From: Amphiscolops sp. MND2022
Taxonomy: Eukaryota
Length of the DNA stretch: 64,000 nt
Reading direction: 5' to 3'
Assembly: GCA_964187785.1 (NCBI GenBank)
Contig: OZ076409.1
Location: 31,250,001-31,314,000, forward strand
How positions within the stretch are numbered: the first letter of the stretch is position 1; the number at the start of each line of letters is the position of its first letter. The translations under genes were made by a program, and so were the position numbers. Below, in pieces: positions 32,692-46,300 of this stretch. The notes under the pieces were generated by a model. It did not search any database. It saw only the letters and a program-made list of their open reading frames with translations, and was not told where the DNA came from.

Positions 32692-34163
32692 AACTCCGCA
32701 ATGGCGATTCGCGAAAACCGCGGAATGCGAAACTGGCGATACCGGAAACTGGCGGTGGCTTTATTACAAACTGGCCGTTTTCGAAACTGGCAGAACTGAA
32801 ATACTGGCCCACCGAAAAACTGGCGATATCGTAATACTGGCGTCTACACAATACTGGCGATAATGTATTACTGGCGTTAATGTTAACTAAAATGTATATA
32901 ATAAAGCACGAATCGTAATTTAAACTGCACTTTTCTGGTTTGTTCCAGTAGAGGAATAGTTTCCTCAGTACTAAAAATACATTTTTCTAAAATCAACTAA
33001 GCGAAAATCAACGCAAAACTTTTTGCGCAAAACTTTTTTGCGAACGAATTATCGTCATGATTATTTATTGGCGATCAATAAAATGCATGTCATGAATAAC
33101 TGTTGAGATATAATCAAGTGGAAACCATTTTTCAAAAATTAGCACAAAAGTATTGCGCAAAGAGAAAGAAATGCTCCTTTTGAATCCCATTGGTTTTTAG
33201 AAACTGACAAGAAATGAGGCCTGTACTTATCCACTGATTTTGAAGCCAATGCCTCGAGAAGACAACCCCTAACAACTCCAGCGGTGACAAGCAGTCAAGA
33301 TGGCATGACGATCTACGCACAAATTGTCAAAATTTTTCAATCTGTATCATCATTTCGCTTTTCATCTGCACAAACAAAAAAGTCAATCAAAAAGCAAAAA
33401 GTCAATGGTGGGCATTATGTGCAGAAACACCAGATAAAAGAACACAAGATTGGAAGATGATATTGATGGGAAGAGTTACCACAAGGACGAGTTACTCACA
33501 GAAGAGCCACTCACAGAAGAGTTGCCACAACGAGCACCCCTGTTGACAACTTTGGGCAGCATGAAAGTTATCAGCGTCACGACACCGATGTACAAAACAT
33601 ACCCCCGACCAAATGATGGAACAGTCAAATAGTTACATATTCATTATCAGATTTATTAATTTTTTGTTGTTTTGTAATGAAATTCGAGCAGAATGAATTC
33701 AGGGCAGGGAGTTAAAAACTCAAAGAGAGCAGAGACAAATTTAAATTTGTTTGTTGATAAACAAAAAAATCAAGATTTGAACCCAAAATGTTGGATACAA
33801 ATGTCTGCAAAAAACAACAATCGATTGGAGCAAAAAGTCACAGCACGTTATAATGATAAATGCTATCAAAACAATGAAACAACAGCAAAACTGGGGGTGT
33901 TGACCTTAGCAAAGAAAGATGGCACAAGCTTGATCCTCGTAACTGGGAGCAAATGCAGTAGAGGGAACAAATGTGGTTCAGAAAACAAATCGAGGGTCAA
34001 ATCAAGTCAATACAATGCAGAATCTTCAACAAGTTATATTGATCAAAGGACGATCAGAATGTATGAACAAATAAATGGGGAATATTGACCTGATTGGAGT
34101 AAAATAAAAAGATCCATCTGGATACTGGCACTGGGTCCATGTTCACATGATCAATAATTCAGT

Positions 34164-37100
34164 TTACTTGGGTAAAAAACTGTTAGCAGCGGTTTTAATT
34201 TTGTCGTATACAAATTTGAATTCAGGTGGGCTCAAGATAATTCCTGTATTAGCAAGAACTTCTTCGACTTCTTTTTTTAATGGCCGATGACTGAAATTCA
34301 TGAAGAGTTTCAAAGAATTTTTGATTTTATCGGAGACATCTGTCCGAAAACTCATTAGGGATTTTTGGAAAGATTGACGATTCGATTTGGTGATTCCATT
34401 CTGAAACGATTGACTCGATTTGGTGAATGTTGATGATACTGAATTTGGCGAGGCTACTGACTCGGCAAGAGTAACTGTTGTAGCTGTTGATTCACATCTT
34501 TCTTCAATGCCATTGCTATCCATTTCGTCGCTCTCTGAATCTGTGTCGGAAGGCTCATAATTGTCACCAGAGTCGGAATGATCAGGTATATCATTGCTCC
34601 TGGAAGTGCTGGTAGATTCTGACATGACTCCTGACACCGGTGTGGATGATGCTATTGTGTTGGACCTTTGTAATGTGGTTTTTCTTGGTAAGGGTAATGC
34701 AGGTGAAGACATTGCTGGAGAACATATTTCAGGTGCCGCTGACCCTGGAGTTCGCATTTCTGTTCTGGAACTTACTTCTCTGCAGATTGCTGGGGATTTT
34801 AATGGTCTTTCATCTCTATCAATAACGTCAACAGATAAACTTGTTGAAGTGTTGTTTCCCGACCTGCTCAACTCTTTGTCATAGTAGTCCACCCCGCCAG
34901 TATTCGGAACGACATAATATTTGTTTGCTGTTTCTGGTCGGTGACCACTTTGACTTTTGTGAAACGTTCTGGCTTCCGAGGGTATCGAATTCGAATGCTC
35001 GGCGAAATGTGTGTCCCACATCTTTCTCAGAGAATTAGAATTGAAATCACTCTTTAAAAAAGACTGGCTGAAGTGAGTTGTAAAGACTTCTTTTATACGT
35101 CGGGCCATCGAATGCTCCACTCGATTCTGACTGGAAGAAAATATTCTAGTAGCATGGAACTTGTGCTCAGAGAAAAATTGTTCGCGAAGTCTTTCTATCC
35201 AAGGCCATTGGTCTGCCTTAATTTTAACGACTGCATCATAAAGGTGTCCAGTTTTATGAGAATCTATTTCCAGTTTTCCACGTCGCTTAAGTTTATTCAA
35301 ATCGTTCCACGTTAAATTCAAAATAACGCCTGCTCGAGCATTCAAGCGAACCGCCAGCATGTAAAAATTGAAGCACTGCAAATCTTTATAAGTCATCGAC
35401 TTTTCAGTTACATCTGCATTGAGCAATTTGACTATTTTGTTTGACACTTTACTACACTTCTCGACAGTTGGTACTCGTTTAAATCGTTTCTTTTGTGCAC
35501 TTTTCTGTTCTTTCAAGGCACCTTTTTGATAGTTGGAGCGAACATCTTTGATGATTTTACTCCAGTTGATATCTTTGATCCCTGGGAACTCTTGGGTACA
35601 GTAGGTTTGAGCGTAATCGATCAATTTCCATAGGCGATGTAAATAGTTCACCATCGTCGTTCGGGACAACTTCGAGTCGTTATAAAACTGACGAACAAAT
35701 TCTGCCAACTTTGCTGGATCTTGGAACTGATTTGTGGCATCCATAGCCAGACCGAGGAAACGTTGCACAGAGCCAGAAACAATTCCTGTGTATTGAACGT
35801 TGGAGTCAATAGCAGTTCCTCTCTCGTATTCAGCATATTGTTTGACAAAGTTCTCATTTGGAAGTGAATCGAAACGTCGCAATTTTTCAAGTTCTTTTCG
35901 AATGGGCACAGGAAACTTACTCATATCAGCACGATTCGCAATTTGATGAACAGTATGTTCCTGGTGGTGTTTGTACTGGTCGGCCAAGCGAAGACTGCAC
36001 TGGTCGCATTGGAAACACTTCCTAGTATGAAGAGTTCTGAAATAGGACGAGATGAATTGTTTCAATGGTGAATCTTTTTCCATTTTATGTTTGTTCGCAA
36101 GATGGTCCCTCATCTTGATGACCCGGGCACAACAAATCAAACATTCCTCTATCTCATCTCTCCTCGGCTTCACTCCGATTTTCCCACACTTTACAGGCAG
36201 GAGCCCTTCAAAAGCATCATCGAACTCAGGGATGGCCGGTTCATTTCCAGTTGTAGTAACATCCATTTCAACAAACCCAAAATGGTCTGTTTCTGCAACA
36301 TTGAAAATTGTGTTGGGTTCTAAAGCTTCATCATTGACAAATGTGGTGGGATCTGTTTCTTCATTATTGACATTTGCTTCTGGTTGTGTTCCAGCATCAT
36401 TACGACTTAAGTTGGTTTCTGTTATAACACCATCACGAACTGTTTCTTTTATTGTGTTGGGTTCTTTTTCAGCACCATTGAAAATTGTGGTGGGTTCTGT
36501 TTCTTCTTCATTATTGACATTTGTTTCTGGTTGTGTTCCAGCAACATTACGACTTAAGTTGGTCCCTGTTATAACACCATCACGACCTGTTTCTTCTATT
36601 GTGTTGGGTTCTGGTTCTGCCTCAGTACGAATTGTGTTCATTATTGCGTTGATTTCCGTTTCAGCACCATTGCAAGTTGTGTTGGCTTCTGTTCTGTTGT
36701 TAACATTATCCCCCATTGATACCAATTTGGTATCAAGGTCCAGCTCCATCACCTCGACACTATTGATCAGTTCTGACACCGAGAGAAAGGAATCTGAGCC
36801 GCATTTCAGAAGTTTATGGAAGCTGTCGGCCTCTTCATCTTCTGATTTCATGTGCCTATTCTTCCGTTTTTTATTACAACTGGCGTTTTCCACAGCAACC
36901 GCTGACTGCAGAACGGGAGTTTTCTTTGATTCAAATTTTGACGAACGGGTGCTCCCCTCTTTGGTCTGGAAGTCCAGAAAGTATTCCTCCTTTTGCCATG
37001 GTCTGTCCATCTTTGATCCATAGTCGTATCTCAACTCTGTTTTTGCAGGGATTTCTTGTGTTGCAAAAAACGAAATGACAATGTTTTTATCGAAAGTCAT

Positions 37101-37442
37101 TTTGCGAGGGCGCACATTGTGTTTGTGGTGAAAGTCCACATCATTGATGAAACGGACCAAACACGTTTCTGTTTCAGTGGCGTCAATGGTGACATTTTCG
37201 GGTCCTCCGACATCGAAACAATAAACACTGTCCTCCAAGATGTCAGTATCAGCAGTATTTCGTATTTGACCTCTGTAGTTTATAACAAACTCCCCAAACA
37301 AAAACTTGCGTCCGGTAAATAAACCTTGGCCAGCACCAGGAGTTGTTGAGGTGTCCAAATAAAGATCAGTGGGGTCAGAATTGATAAAAGCAGCTGGGTT
37401 GTTTCTTTCTTTGTCTACTTTCTGACGCGAAGACCGTTTCAT
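34164..37442 (-). CDS. PR-Set7/KMT5A-like SET / zinc finger / tyrosine recombinase fusion (1092 aa from first ATG)
   Basis: SET: GAGQGLFTGRKF, FVINYRG, IDATETETCLVRFIND, ELRYDYGSKMDRPW. Zn motifs CLICC...HLANKH and CFQCDQC...HHQEH. YR: RLNARAGVILNLTW (Arg 35334-35336), HKTG, NSLRK, SGHRPETANKYY. No interruptions. Confidence 0.9.
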   Translation of the reverse strand: MKRSSRQKVDKERNNPAAFINSDPTDLYLDTSTTPGAGQGLFTGRKFLFGEFVINYRGQIRNTADTDILEDSVYCFDVGGPENVTIDATETETCLVRFINDVDFHHKHNVRPRKMTFDKNIVISFFATQEIPAKTELRYDYGSKMDRPWQKEEYFLDFQTKEGSTRSSKFESKKTPVLQSAVAVENASCNKKRKNRHMKSEDEEADSFHKLLKCGSDSFLSVSELINSVEVMELDLDTKLVSMGDNVNNRTEANTTCNGAETEINAIMNTIRTEAEPEPNTIEETGRDGVITGTNLSRNVAGTQPETNVNNEEETEPTTIFNGAEKEPNTIKETVRDGVITETNLSRNDAGTQPEANVNNEETDPTTFVNDEALEPNTIFNVAETDHFGFVEMDVTTTGNEPAIPEFDDAFEGLLPVKCGKIGVKPRRDEIEECLICCARVIKMRDHLANKHKMEKDSPLKQFISSYFRTLHTRKCFQCDQCSLRLADQYKHHQEHTVHQIANRADMSKFPVPIRKELEKLRRFDSLPNENFVKQYAEYERGTAIDSNVQYTGIVSGSVQRFLGLAMDATNQFQDPAKLAEFVRQFYNDSKLSRTTMVNYLHRLWKLIDYAQTYCTQEFPGIKDINWSKIIKDVRSNYQKGALKEQKSAQKKRFKRVPTVEKCSKVSNKIVKLLNADVTEKSMTYKDLQCFNFYMLAVRLNARAGVILNLTWNDLNKLKRRGKLEIDSHKTGHLYDAVVKIKADQWPWIERLREQFFSEHKFHATRIFSSSQNRVEHSMARRIKEVFTTHFSQSFLKSDFNSNSLRKMWDTHFAEHSNSIPSEARTFHKSQSGHRPETANKYYVVPNTGGVDYYDKELSRSGNNTSTSLSVDVIDRDERPLKSPAICREVSSRTEMRTPGSAAPEICSPAMSSPALPLPRKTTLQRSNTIASSTPVSGVMSESTSTSRSNDIPDHSDSGDNYEPSDTDSESDEMDSNGIEERCESTATTVTLAESVASPNSVSSTFTKSSQSFQNGITKSNRQSFQKSLMSFRTDVSDKIKNSLKLFMNFSHRPLKKEVEEVLANTGIILSPPEFKFVYDKIKTAANSFLPK

Positions 37443-38369
37443 AATACTTTGAATATTCGTCGAACAACAGCAGAAGTTGGAAATGCAAATCAACAATCAA
37501 TCTGAAAAAAACATTGCTGTACATATGAAGTCTGTCGGAAAAACGGAAAACGTCGGTCTGCCCTGCACGGTTATTTCCAAAAATTCCAATCATTACTTTG
37601 AAAAATGGGCAAGAGCGGCATTCGATTACTATACATCCAAAAAATGTCCTAACAAAACATTGTCTATAAACATTTTTATATTTAATTTTTTATACAACAG
37701 GTATAAAGCTTTTTAAAATTGTTGGAATCCATTTTACTTCAAGGACATTCATCACACTCTGTAATAACCTCTTCATCTTAAAAATGAAGGATTTGGCATT
37801 GGGAATGGAGACTCATTCGAACTTAAGTTGAATCAAAAACAAGAAACCAATCACTTCATGAAAAAGAATACATGGAAGACTCCAAAGGCGAAATTGCGAA
37901 ACAGAAATCAAAAAAGGTTATACTTGAAACGATTTGAAAATCAATTCAATCTGATAAATTCCCATAGCTCCGATTATTCATAGCTCCGAAAATAAATCTT
38001 CAGTACGAAAAGACTACAGTAAAACCTCATAAATCAGTCGTTTTCGATTGATTCTCAGTCATAATCATTTTCAGAAAGTGTTATTTTCAGCGCTATGAAT
38101 ACGAACCCTCAATCTGCTTAATAATCTCTGCAAAACACGTTAACATCAACCCACCTAAAACCAACTGACCAGAGTCGTGTGTCAAAGAAAGAAGATCCAC
38201 AAACAAATTAAACTGGATGCCTGATTTAAAAACTCCTAAAACATTATTTGAAAGTCAAAAATTCAATTCAATGTGAGGATTGAAGTGCTTAAACTTGAAG
38301 CAAAGTCTACCCTTAGACTCATCTAACTCGCTACATATTCGAAGTAACAAAGGATTATGTAATTCTAGA

Positions 38370-38470
38370 CTTCTTCCGTTGGCCAAACATTCTCCGAATA
38401 GTTCAGATGTAGTAAATTCTACATTTACTACATCTGAACTATTCGGAGAATGTTTGGCCAACGGAAGAAG
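38370..38470. repeat. 101-bp palindrome near the right end of element A
   Basis: CTTCTTCCGTTGGCCAAACATTCTCCGAATAGTTCAGATGTAGTAAAT, spacer TCTAC, then its reverse complement. Confidence 0.95.
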
Positions 38471-38787
38471 ACAGAATAATGAGAATGCAACCGACAGAAT
38501 AATCGACTGTACTTTGTCATACAACTGGCGTCATTGCAGAATCCGCTTCAACACCGCCAGTTTTGTAAATTTCAAAGAAATTTTCTCAAAAACTTTTTTC
38601 AGCTTTTAAACACTTGCTAATATCATCCAACGTGTCATTTCTATAAGAAAACACCTTATTAGAAATTTTCAGAAGTGTTAACAGCAATTGAAAGCACCTG
38701 GCGTTATAGCAGGGGGGAATTGAAAAAAACCTGGCGGTATTGCAAATCGGGCATTATAGCACTGCTGCAAAACGCCATTGCGGCACA

Positions 38788-39297
<510 letters not shown>

Positions 39298-40168
39298 AGA
39301 ATTTATAAAACAATTTCAGTCAAACTGATTTGATTTATTTTATGTTTTGTCTTGTATATATTTTGTATGAATTTGAAATTTTACTTTCAAGTTTAGTCTA
39401 ATGCTAACTTTTTTTCTATTCTTTCTCAGAACATATGGAAACAAAAAATGGTTGCATTATGAAATCTGACTGAAACTACATATGAATTGATATACAAATT
39501 GTACTCAGCCGTGATTTACTAAAAGAAATTCCTTTGGAACGAAAAATTACTAAAGCAACAAAAATTAGATTTCCATTGATTGAACGTTGACCCCAAGTGT
39601 TAAATTGACCACTTTTGTTACTTTTAGTAGGCCTTGGTGGGAAGGGCAATAGGTGAGACAGGTGGGACCTCCCGGATTGGCCATTCTTGAGAAGTTCCAA
39701 AATTGGGGATATGATTGTTAGAGCATGCTTAAGAACTTCATAGTTTCCACTATGTTGACTAAAAGGACTATGTCATCTATAACCCCCAAACTGCGGCGGA
39801 GGAATAAGACAGAAGGTTCAAATACCATTATGTCATCACTTGCGATGAAATTTTGGTCCAATAAAATAATTGATGTCGACTTATATAAAATTCCTATCCA
39901 TTACCTTGACTGTCAGTTGAAAGATTCTCATTAGATTTTGAAGCGAACAAAATCTGCTCTGAAATAGGGGCCATTCAATACAACTTTAGCTTGTTCCAAA
40001 CGTGAATTTCCTCCTATTTTGAACAATAATATCAAAAAATTATGACATTTTTTCTAAATTGAAGTGTCCAAAATGAACTACGACACTAGATACCTACCTT
40101 ATGAATCTGGATTTTATGAAACAATTCTGCCAGCAGAGTGTTCGGTGATCTAACAAGCAGATGCTATA

Positions 40169-40368
40169 NNNNNNNNNNNNNNNNNNNNNNNNNNNNNNNN
40201 NNNNNNNNNNNNNNNNNNNNNNNNNNNNNNNNNNNNNNNNNNNNNNNNNNNNNNNNNNNNNNNNNNNNNNNNNNNNNNNNNNNNNNNNNNNNNNNNNNNN
40301 NNNNNNNNNNNNNNNNNNNNNNNNNNNNNNNNNNNNNNNNNNNNNNNNNNNNNNNNNNNNNNNNNNNN
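40169..40368. other. Assembly gap (200 N)
   Basis: Run of N. Confidence 1.
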
Positions 40369-43300
40369 ACTCGTTTTAGAGCATCTTACGTTGTTTTCGA
40401 GGAAAAGCGCAATTAAACGCAAGTAATTGCTTGTTTTTGCGTTACATAACCTAATCCTACATTGGGTTGGATGGCTGCGCTTTCATTGTGTTACGTTAGA
40501 ACAGACTGTGTGCAAAACATGCGTATTTAGAGCGCAATAACACGTTTTAGCCCATCTAACGTTGTTTTGCGGAAAAATGAGTATGAACGCAGGACATCGC
40601 TTGTTTTGGCTTTAACTAAGATAACTTTGCATTGATCAATTTGTTTGCATTCGTGGCAGCGCTTTCTTCGCGTTAAGACAATCAGTGTGCAAAAAACGCC
40701 TTTTTAAAGAAGCAATGCCGCGTTTTAGCGCATGTAACAATTTTTTTTGCTGAAAAACGCAGTTAAACGCAGGAAAATACTTTTCTGTTAATTAAACTAA
40801 TTCTGCATAGTTCAAAATATTTGCATGCGCGACAGCGCTTTCATCGCGTTAAAACAATTAGTGTGCAAAAAACGCGTTTTAGCATGCAACACCGCGTTTT
40901 AGCGCATGTAAGATTGTTTTCGCGTAAAAACCCGTTTAAACACGGGGAATTGCTTGTTTTTGCCAAAAATAACCTAATTCTGCATAGTTCAAAATAATTG
41001 CATGCGTGGCAGTACTTTAATCGCGTTGGAAGAGTTAGTGTGCAAAAAACACGTTTTAAGTCCGCAATAACGCGTTTTTGAGCATCTAACGTTGTTTTCG
41101 TGGAAAATCGCTTTTGAAACCGGGGAGTCGTTTGTTTTTGCGTTAACCAACCTGATTTTACATTGTTTAACATGTTTGTTTGCGCGGCAGCGCTTTCGTT
41201 GCGTTAAATCAGTTAGTGTGCAAAAAACCCGTTGTCAGCACGCATTAACGCGTTTTAGCGCATCTAACGTTGATCTCGCTGAAAAACGTGACAAAACGCA
41301 GGAAATTGATTTCTGTGTAAAATAACCTGATTCTGCATAGTTCAAAATGATTGCATGCGCGGCAGCGCTTTCGTTGCGTTAAAACAGTTAGAGTGCAAAA
41401 ATTGTGTTTTTAGCGCGAAATACCGCTGGTTATTGCATCCAACGATCTTTTCTATAAAAAACGCATTTAAACGCGGAGAATTGCTTGTTTTTGTGTTAAG
41501 TACCCTAATTTTGCAAAGTTCAACATGTTTGTTTGCGTGGCAGCGCTTTAATTGGGTTGAAACAGTTGGTGTGCAAAAATCTTTTTAGCGCGAAAGAGCG
41601 CGTTTTAGCGCATCTAACCATGTTTTCGCTGAAAACCGCAGTAAATCGCAGGAAATGATTTTTCTGTTAAGTAACCTAATTCTGCATAGTTCAAAAGGCT
41701 TGCATGCGCGGCAGCGCTTTCATCGCGGTAAAACAATTAGTGTGCAAAAAACGCGTTTTAGCACGGAACACCGCGTTTTAGCGCATGTAACATTGTTTTC
41801 GCGTAAAAACGCGTTTAAAAACGGGGAATCACCTGTTTTTGCGTTAACTAACCTGATTTTACATTGTTTACCATGTTTGTTTGCGCGGCAGCGCTTTAAT
41901 CGCGTTGAAACAGTTAGTGTGCAAAAAACGCGTTTTCAGCACGCATTTACGCGCTTTAGAGCATCTAACGCTGTTTTCGCGGAAAAGCGCGTTTGAAACT
42001 GGGGAGTCGCTTGTTTTTGCGTTAACTAACCTAATTCTACATTCTTCAACATGTTTGTTTGCGTGGCAGCGCCTTCATTGCGTTGAAACAGTGTGCAAAA
42101 AACGCGTTTTTAGCGCGAAACATCGCTGGTTAACGCATCTAATGCATCTAACGTTGTTTTCACTAAAAAAACGTTTTCAAACGCAAGGAAATTGCATCTT
42201 TTTGCGTTAACCAACCTAATTCTACATTGTTCAACATGTTTGCATGCGCGGCAGCGCTTTCGTTGCGTTAAAACCGTTAGTGTGCAAAAAACGCGTTTTC
42301 AGCACGCATTAACGCGTTTTAGCGCATCTAACGTTGATCTCGCTGGAAAACGTGGTGAAACGCAGGATATTGCTTTTCTGTGTAAAATAACCTGATTCTG
42401 CATAGTTCAACATGTTTGCTTGCGTGGCAGCACTTTAAGCGCATTGAAAAAGTTAGTGTGCAAAAAACGCGTTTTCAGCACGCATTTACGCGCTTTAGAG
42501 CATCTAACGTTGTTTTCGCGGAAAAGCGCGTTTGAAACCGCCGGGGAGTTGCTTGTTTTTGCGTTAACTAACCTAATTCTACATTGTTCAACATGTTTGC
42601 ATGCGCGGCAGCGCTTTCGTTGCGTTAAAACCGTTAGTGTGCAAAAAACGCGTTTTCAGCACGCATTAACGCGTTTTAGCGCATTTAACGTTAATCTCGC
42701 TGAAAAACATGATAAAACGCAGGAAATTGTTTTCCTGTGTAAAACAACTTGATTCTGCATAGTTCAAAATGATTGCATGCGCGGCAGCGCTTTCGTTGCG
42801 TTAAAACACTTAGAGTGCAAAAATTGCGTTTTTAGCGCGAAATACCGCTGGTTATTGCATCTAACGTTCTTTTCTATAAAAAACGCATTTAAACGCGGAG
42901 AATTGCTTGTTTTTGTGTTAAGTACCCTAATTTTGCATAGTTCAACATGTTTGTTTGCGTGGCAGCGCCTTAATTGGGTTGAAACAGTTAGTGTGCAAAA
43001 TTCGTTTTAGCGCGAAAGAGCGCGTTTTAGCGAATCTAACCATGTTGTCGCTGAAAAACGCAGTAAATCGCAGGAAATGATTTTTCTGTTAAGTAACCTA
43101 ATTCTGCATAGTTCAAAAGGCTTGCATGCGCGGCAGCGCTTTCATCGCGGTAAAACAATTAGTGTACAAAAAACGCGTTTTAGCACGGAACACCGCGTTT
43201 TAGCGCATGTAACATTGTTTTCGCGTAAAAACGCGTTTAAAAACGGGGAATCACCTGTTTTTGCGTTAACTAACCTGATTTTACATTGTTTACCATGTTT

Positions 43301-46300
43301 GTTTGCGCGGCAGCGCTTTAATCGCGTTGAAACAGTTAGTGTGCAAAAAACGCGTTTTCAGCACGCATTTACGCGCTTTAGAGCATCTAACGCTGTTTTC
43401 GCGGAAAAGCGCGTTTGAAACTGGGGAGTCGCTTGTTTTTGCGTTAACTAACCTAATTCTACATTCTTCAACATGTTTGTTTGCGTGGCAGCGCCTTCAT
43501 TGCGTTGAAACAGTGTGCAAAAAACGCGTTTTTAGCGCGAAACATCGCTGGTTAACGCATCTAATGCATCTAACGTTGTTTTCACTAAAAAAACGTTTTC
43601 AAACGCAAGGAAATTGCATCTTTTTGCGTTAACCAACCTAATTCTACATTGTTCAACATGTTTGCATGCGCGGCAGCGCTTTCGTTGCGTTAAAACCGTT
43701 AGTGTGCAAAAAACGCGTTTTCAGCACGCATTAACGCGTTTTAGCGCATCTAACGTTGATCTCGCTGGAAAACGTGGTAAAACGCAGGATATTGCTTTTC
43801 TGTGTAAAATAACCTGATTCTGCATAGTTCAACATGTTTGCTTGCGTGGCAGCACTTTAAGCGCATTGAAAAAGTTAGTGTGCAAAAAACGCGTTTTCAG
43901 CACGCATTTACGCGCTTTAGAGCATCTAACGTTGTTTTCGCGGAAAAGCGCGTTTGAAACCGCCGGGGAGTTGCTTGTTTTTGCGTTAACTAACCTAATT
44001 CTACATTGTTCAACATGTTTGCATGCGCGGCAGCGCTTTCGTTGCGTTGAAACCGTTAGTGTGCAAAAAACGCGTTTTCAGCACGCATTAACGCGTTTTA
44101 GCGCATTTAACGTTAATCTCGCTGAAAAACATGATAAAACGCAGGAAATTGTTTTCCTGTGTAAAACAACTTGATTCTGCATAGTTCAAAATGATTGCAT
44201 GCGCGGCAGCGCTTTCGTTGCGTTAAAACACTTAGAGTGCAAAAATTGCGTTTTTAGCGCGAAATACCGCTGGTTATTGCATCTAACGTTCTTTTCTATA
44301 AAAAACGCATTTAAACGCGGAGAATTGCTTGTTTTTGTGTTAAGTACCCTAATTTTGCATAGTTCAACATGTTTGTTTGCGTGGCAGCGCCTTAATTGGG
44401 TTGAAACAGTTAGTGTGCAAAATTCGTTTTAGCGCGAAAGAGCGCGTTTTAGCGCATCTAACCATGTTGTCGCTGAAAAACGCAGTAAATCGCAGGAAAT
44501 GATTTTTCTGTTAAGTAACCTAATTCTGCATAGTTCAAAAGGCTTGCATGCGCGGCAGCGCTTTCATCGCGGTAAAACAATTAGTGTACAAAAAACGCGT
44601 TTTAGCACGGAACACCGCGTTTTAGCGCATGTAACATTGTTTTCGCGTAAAAACGCGTTTAAAAACGGGGAATCACCTGTTTTTGACTTAATAAACCTGA
44701 TTCTGCTTAGTTCAACATGTTTGCTTGCGTGGCAGCACTTTAATCGCATTGAAAAAGTTAGTGTGCAAAAAACGCGTTTCCAGCACGCATTTACGCGCTT
44801 TAGAGCATTCAACGTTGTTTTCGCGGAAAAACGCGTTTGAAACCGCCGGGGAGTCGCTTGTTTTTGCGTTAACTAACCTAATTCTACATTGTTCAACTTG
44901 TTTGCATGCGCGGCAGCGCTTTCGTTGCGTTAAAACAGTTAGTGTGCAAAAAACGCGTTTTCAGCACGCATTAACGCGTTTTAGCGCATTTAACGTTAAT
45001 CTCGCTGAAAAACGTGATAAAATGCAGGAAATTGTTTTACTGTGTAAAACAACTTGATTTTGCATAGTTCAAAATGAATGCATGCGCGGCAGCGCTTTCG
45101 TTGCGTTAAAACAGTTAGAGTGCAAAAATTGCGTTTTTAGCGAAAAATACCGCTGGTTATTGCATCTAACGTTCTCTTCTATAAAAAACGCATTCAAACG
45201 CGGAGAATTGCTTGTTTTTGTGTTAAGTACCCTAATTTTGCATAGTTCAACATGTTTGTTTGCGTGGCAGCGCTTTAATTGGGTTGAAACAGTCAGTGTG
45301 CAAAATTCTTTTTAGCGCGAAAGAGCGCGTTTTAGCGCATCTAACCATGTTTTCGCTGAAAAACGCAGTAAATCGCAGGAAATGATTTTTCTGTTAAGTA
45401 ACCTAATTCTGCATAGTTCAAAAGGCTTGCATGCGCGGCAGCGCTTTCATCGCGGTAAAACAATTAGTGTGCGAAAAACGCCTTTTAGCACGGAACACCG
45501 CGTTTTAGCGCATGTAACATTGTTTTCGCGTAAAAACTTGTTTAAAAACGGGGAATCACCTGTTTTTGACTTAATAAACCTGATTTTGCATAGTTCAACA
45601 TGTTTGCTTGCGTGGCAGCACTTTAATCGCATTGAAAAAATTAGTGTGCAAAAAACGCGTTTTCAGCACGCATTTACGCGCTTTAGAGCATCTAACGTTG
45701 TTTTCGCGGAAAAACGCATTTGAAACCGCCGGGGAGTCGCTTGTTTTTGCGTTAACTAACCTAATTCTACATTGTTCAACTTGTTTGCATGCGCGGCAGC
45801 GCTTTCGTTGCGTTAAAACCGTTAGTGTGCAAAAAACGCGTTTTCAGCACGCATTAACGCGTTTTAGCGCATTTAACGTTAATCTCGCTGAAAAACGTGA
45901 TAAAATGCAGGAAATTGTTTTCCTGTGTAAAACAACTTGATTTTGCATAGTTCAAAACGATTGCATGCGCGGCAGCGCTTTCGTTGCGTTAAAACAGTTA
46001 GAGTGCAAAAATTGCGTTTTAAGCGAAAAATACCGCTGGTTATTGCATCTAACGTTCTCTTCTATAAAAAACGCATTTAAACGCGGAGAATTGCTTGTTT
46101 TTGTGTTAAGTACCCTAATTTTGCATAGTTCAACATGTTTGTTTGCGTGGCAGCGCTTTAATTGGGTTGAAACAGTCGGTGTGCAAAATTCTTTTTAGCG
46201 CGAAAGAGCGCGTTTTAGCGCATCTAACCATGTTTTCGCTGAAAAACGCAGTAAATCGCAGGAAATGATTTTTCTGTTAAGTAACCTAATTCTGCATAGT

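Larger units (their letters stand above)
32692..38787 (-). mobile_element. Element A: 6.1-kb YR (Crypton-like) element with intact SET-YR ORF, inserted in (TAC)n
   Basis: Left AACTCCGCAATGGCGATTCGC; right reverse complement TGTGCCGCAATGGCGTTTTGC; subterminal ACTGGC repeats; both ends abut TAC arrays in phase. Confidence 0.85.

Noticed and set aside
33450..34088. Small plus-strand ORFs in element A
   Set aside because: No recognisable motif or paralogue in the window
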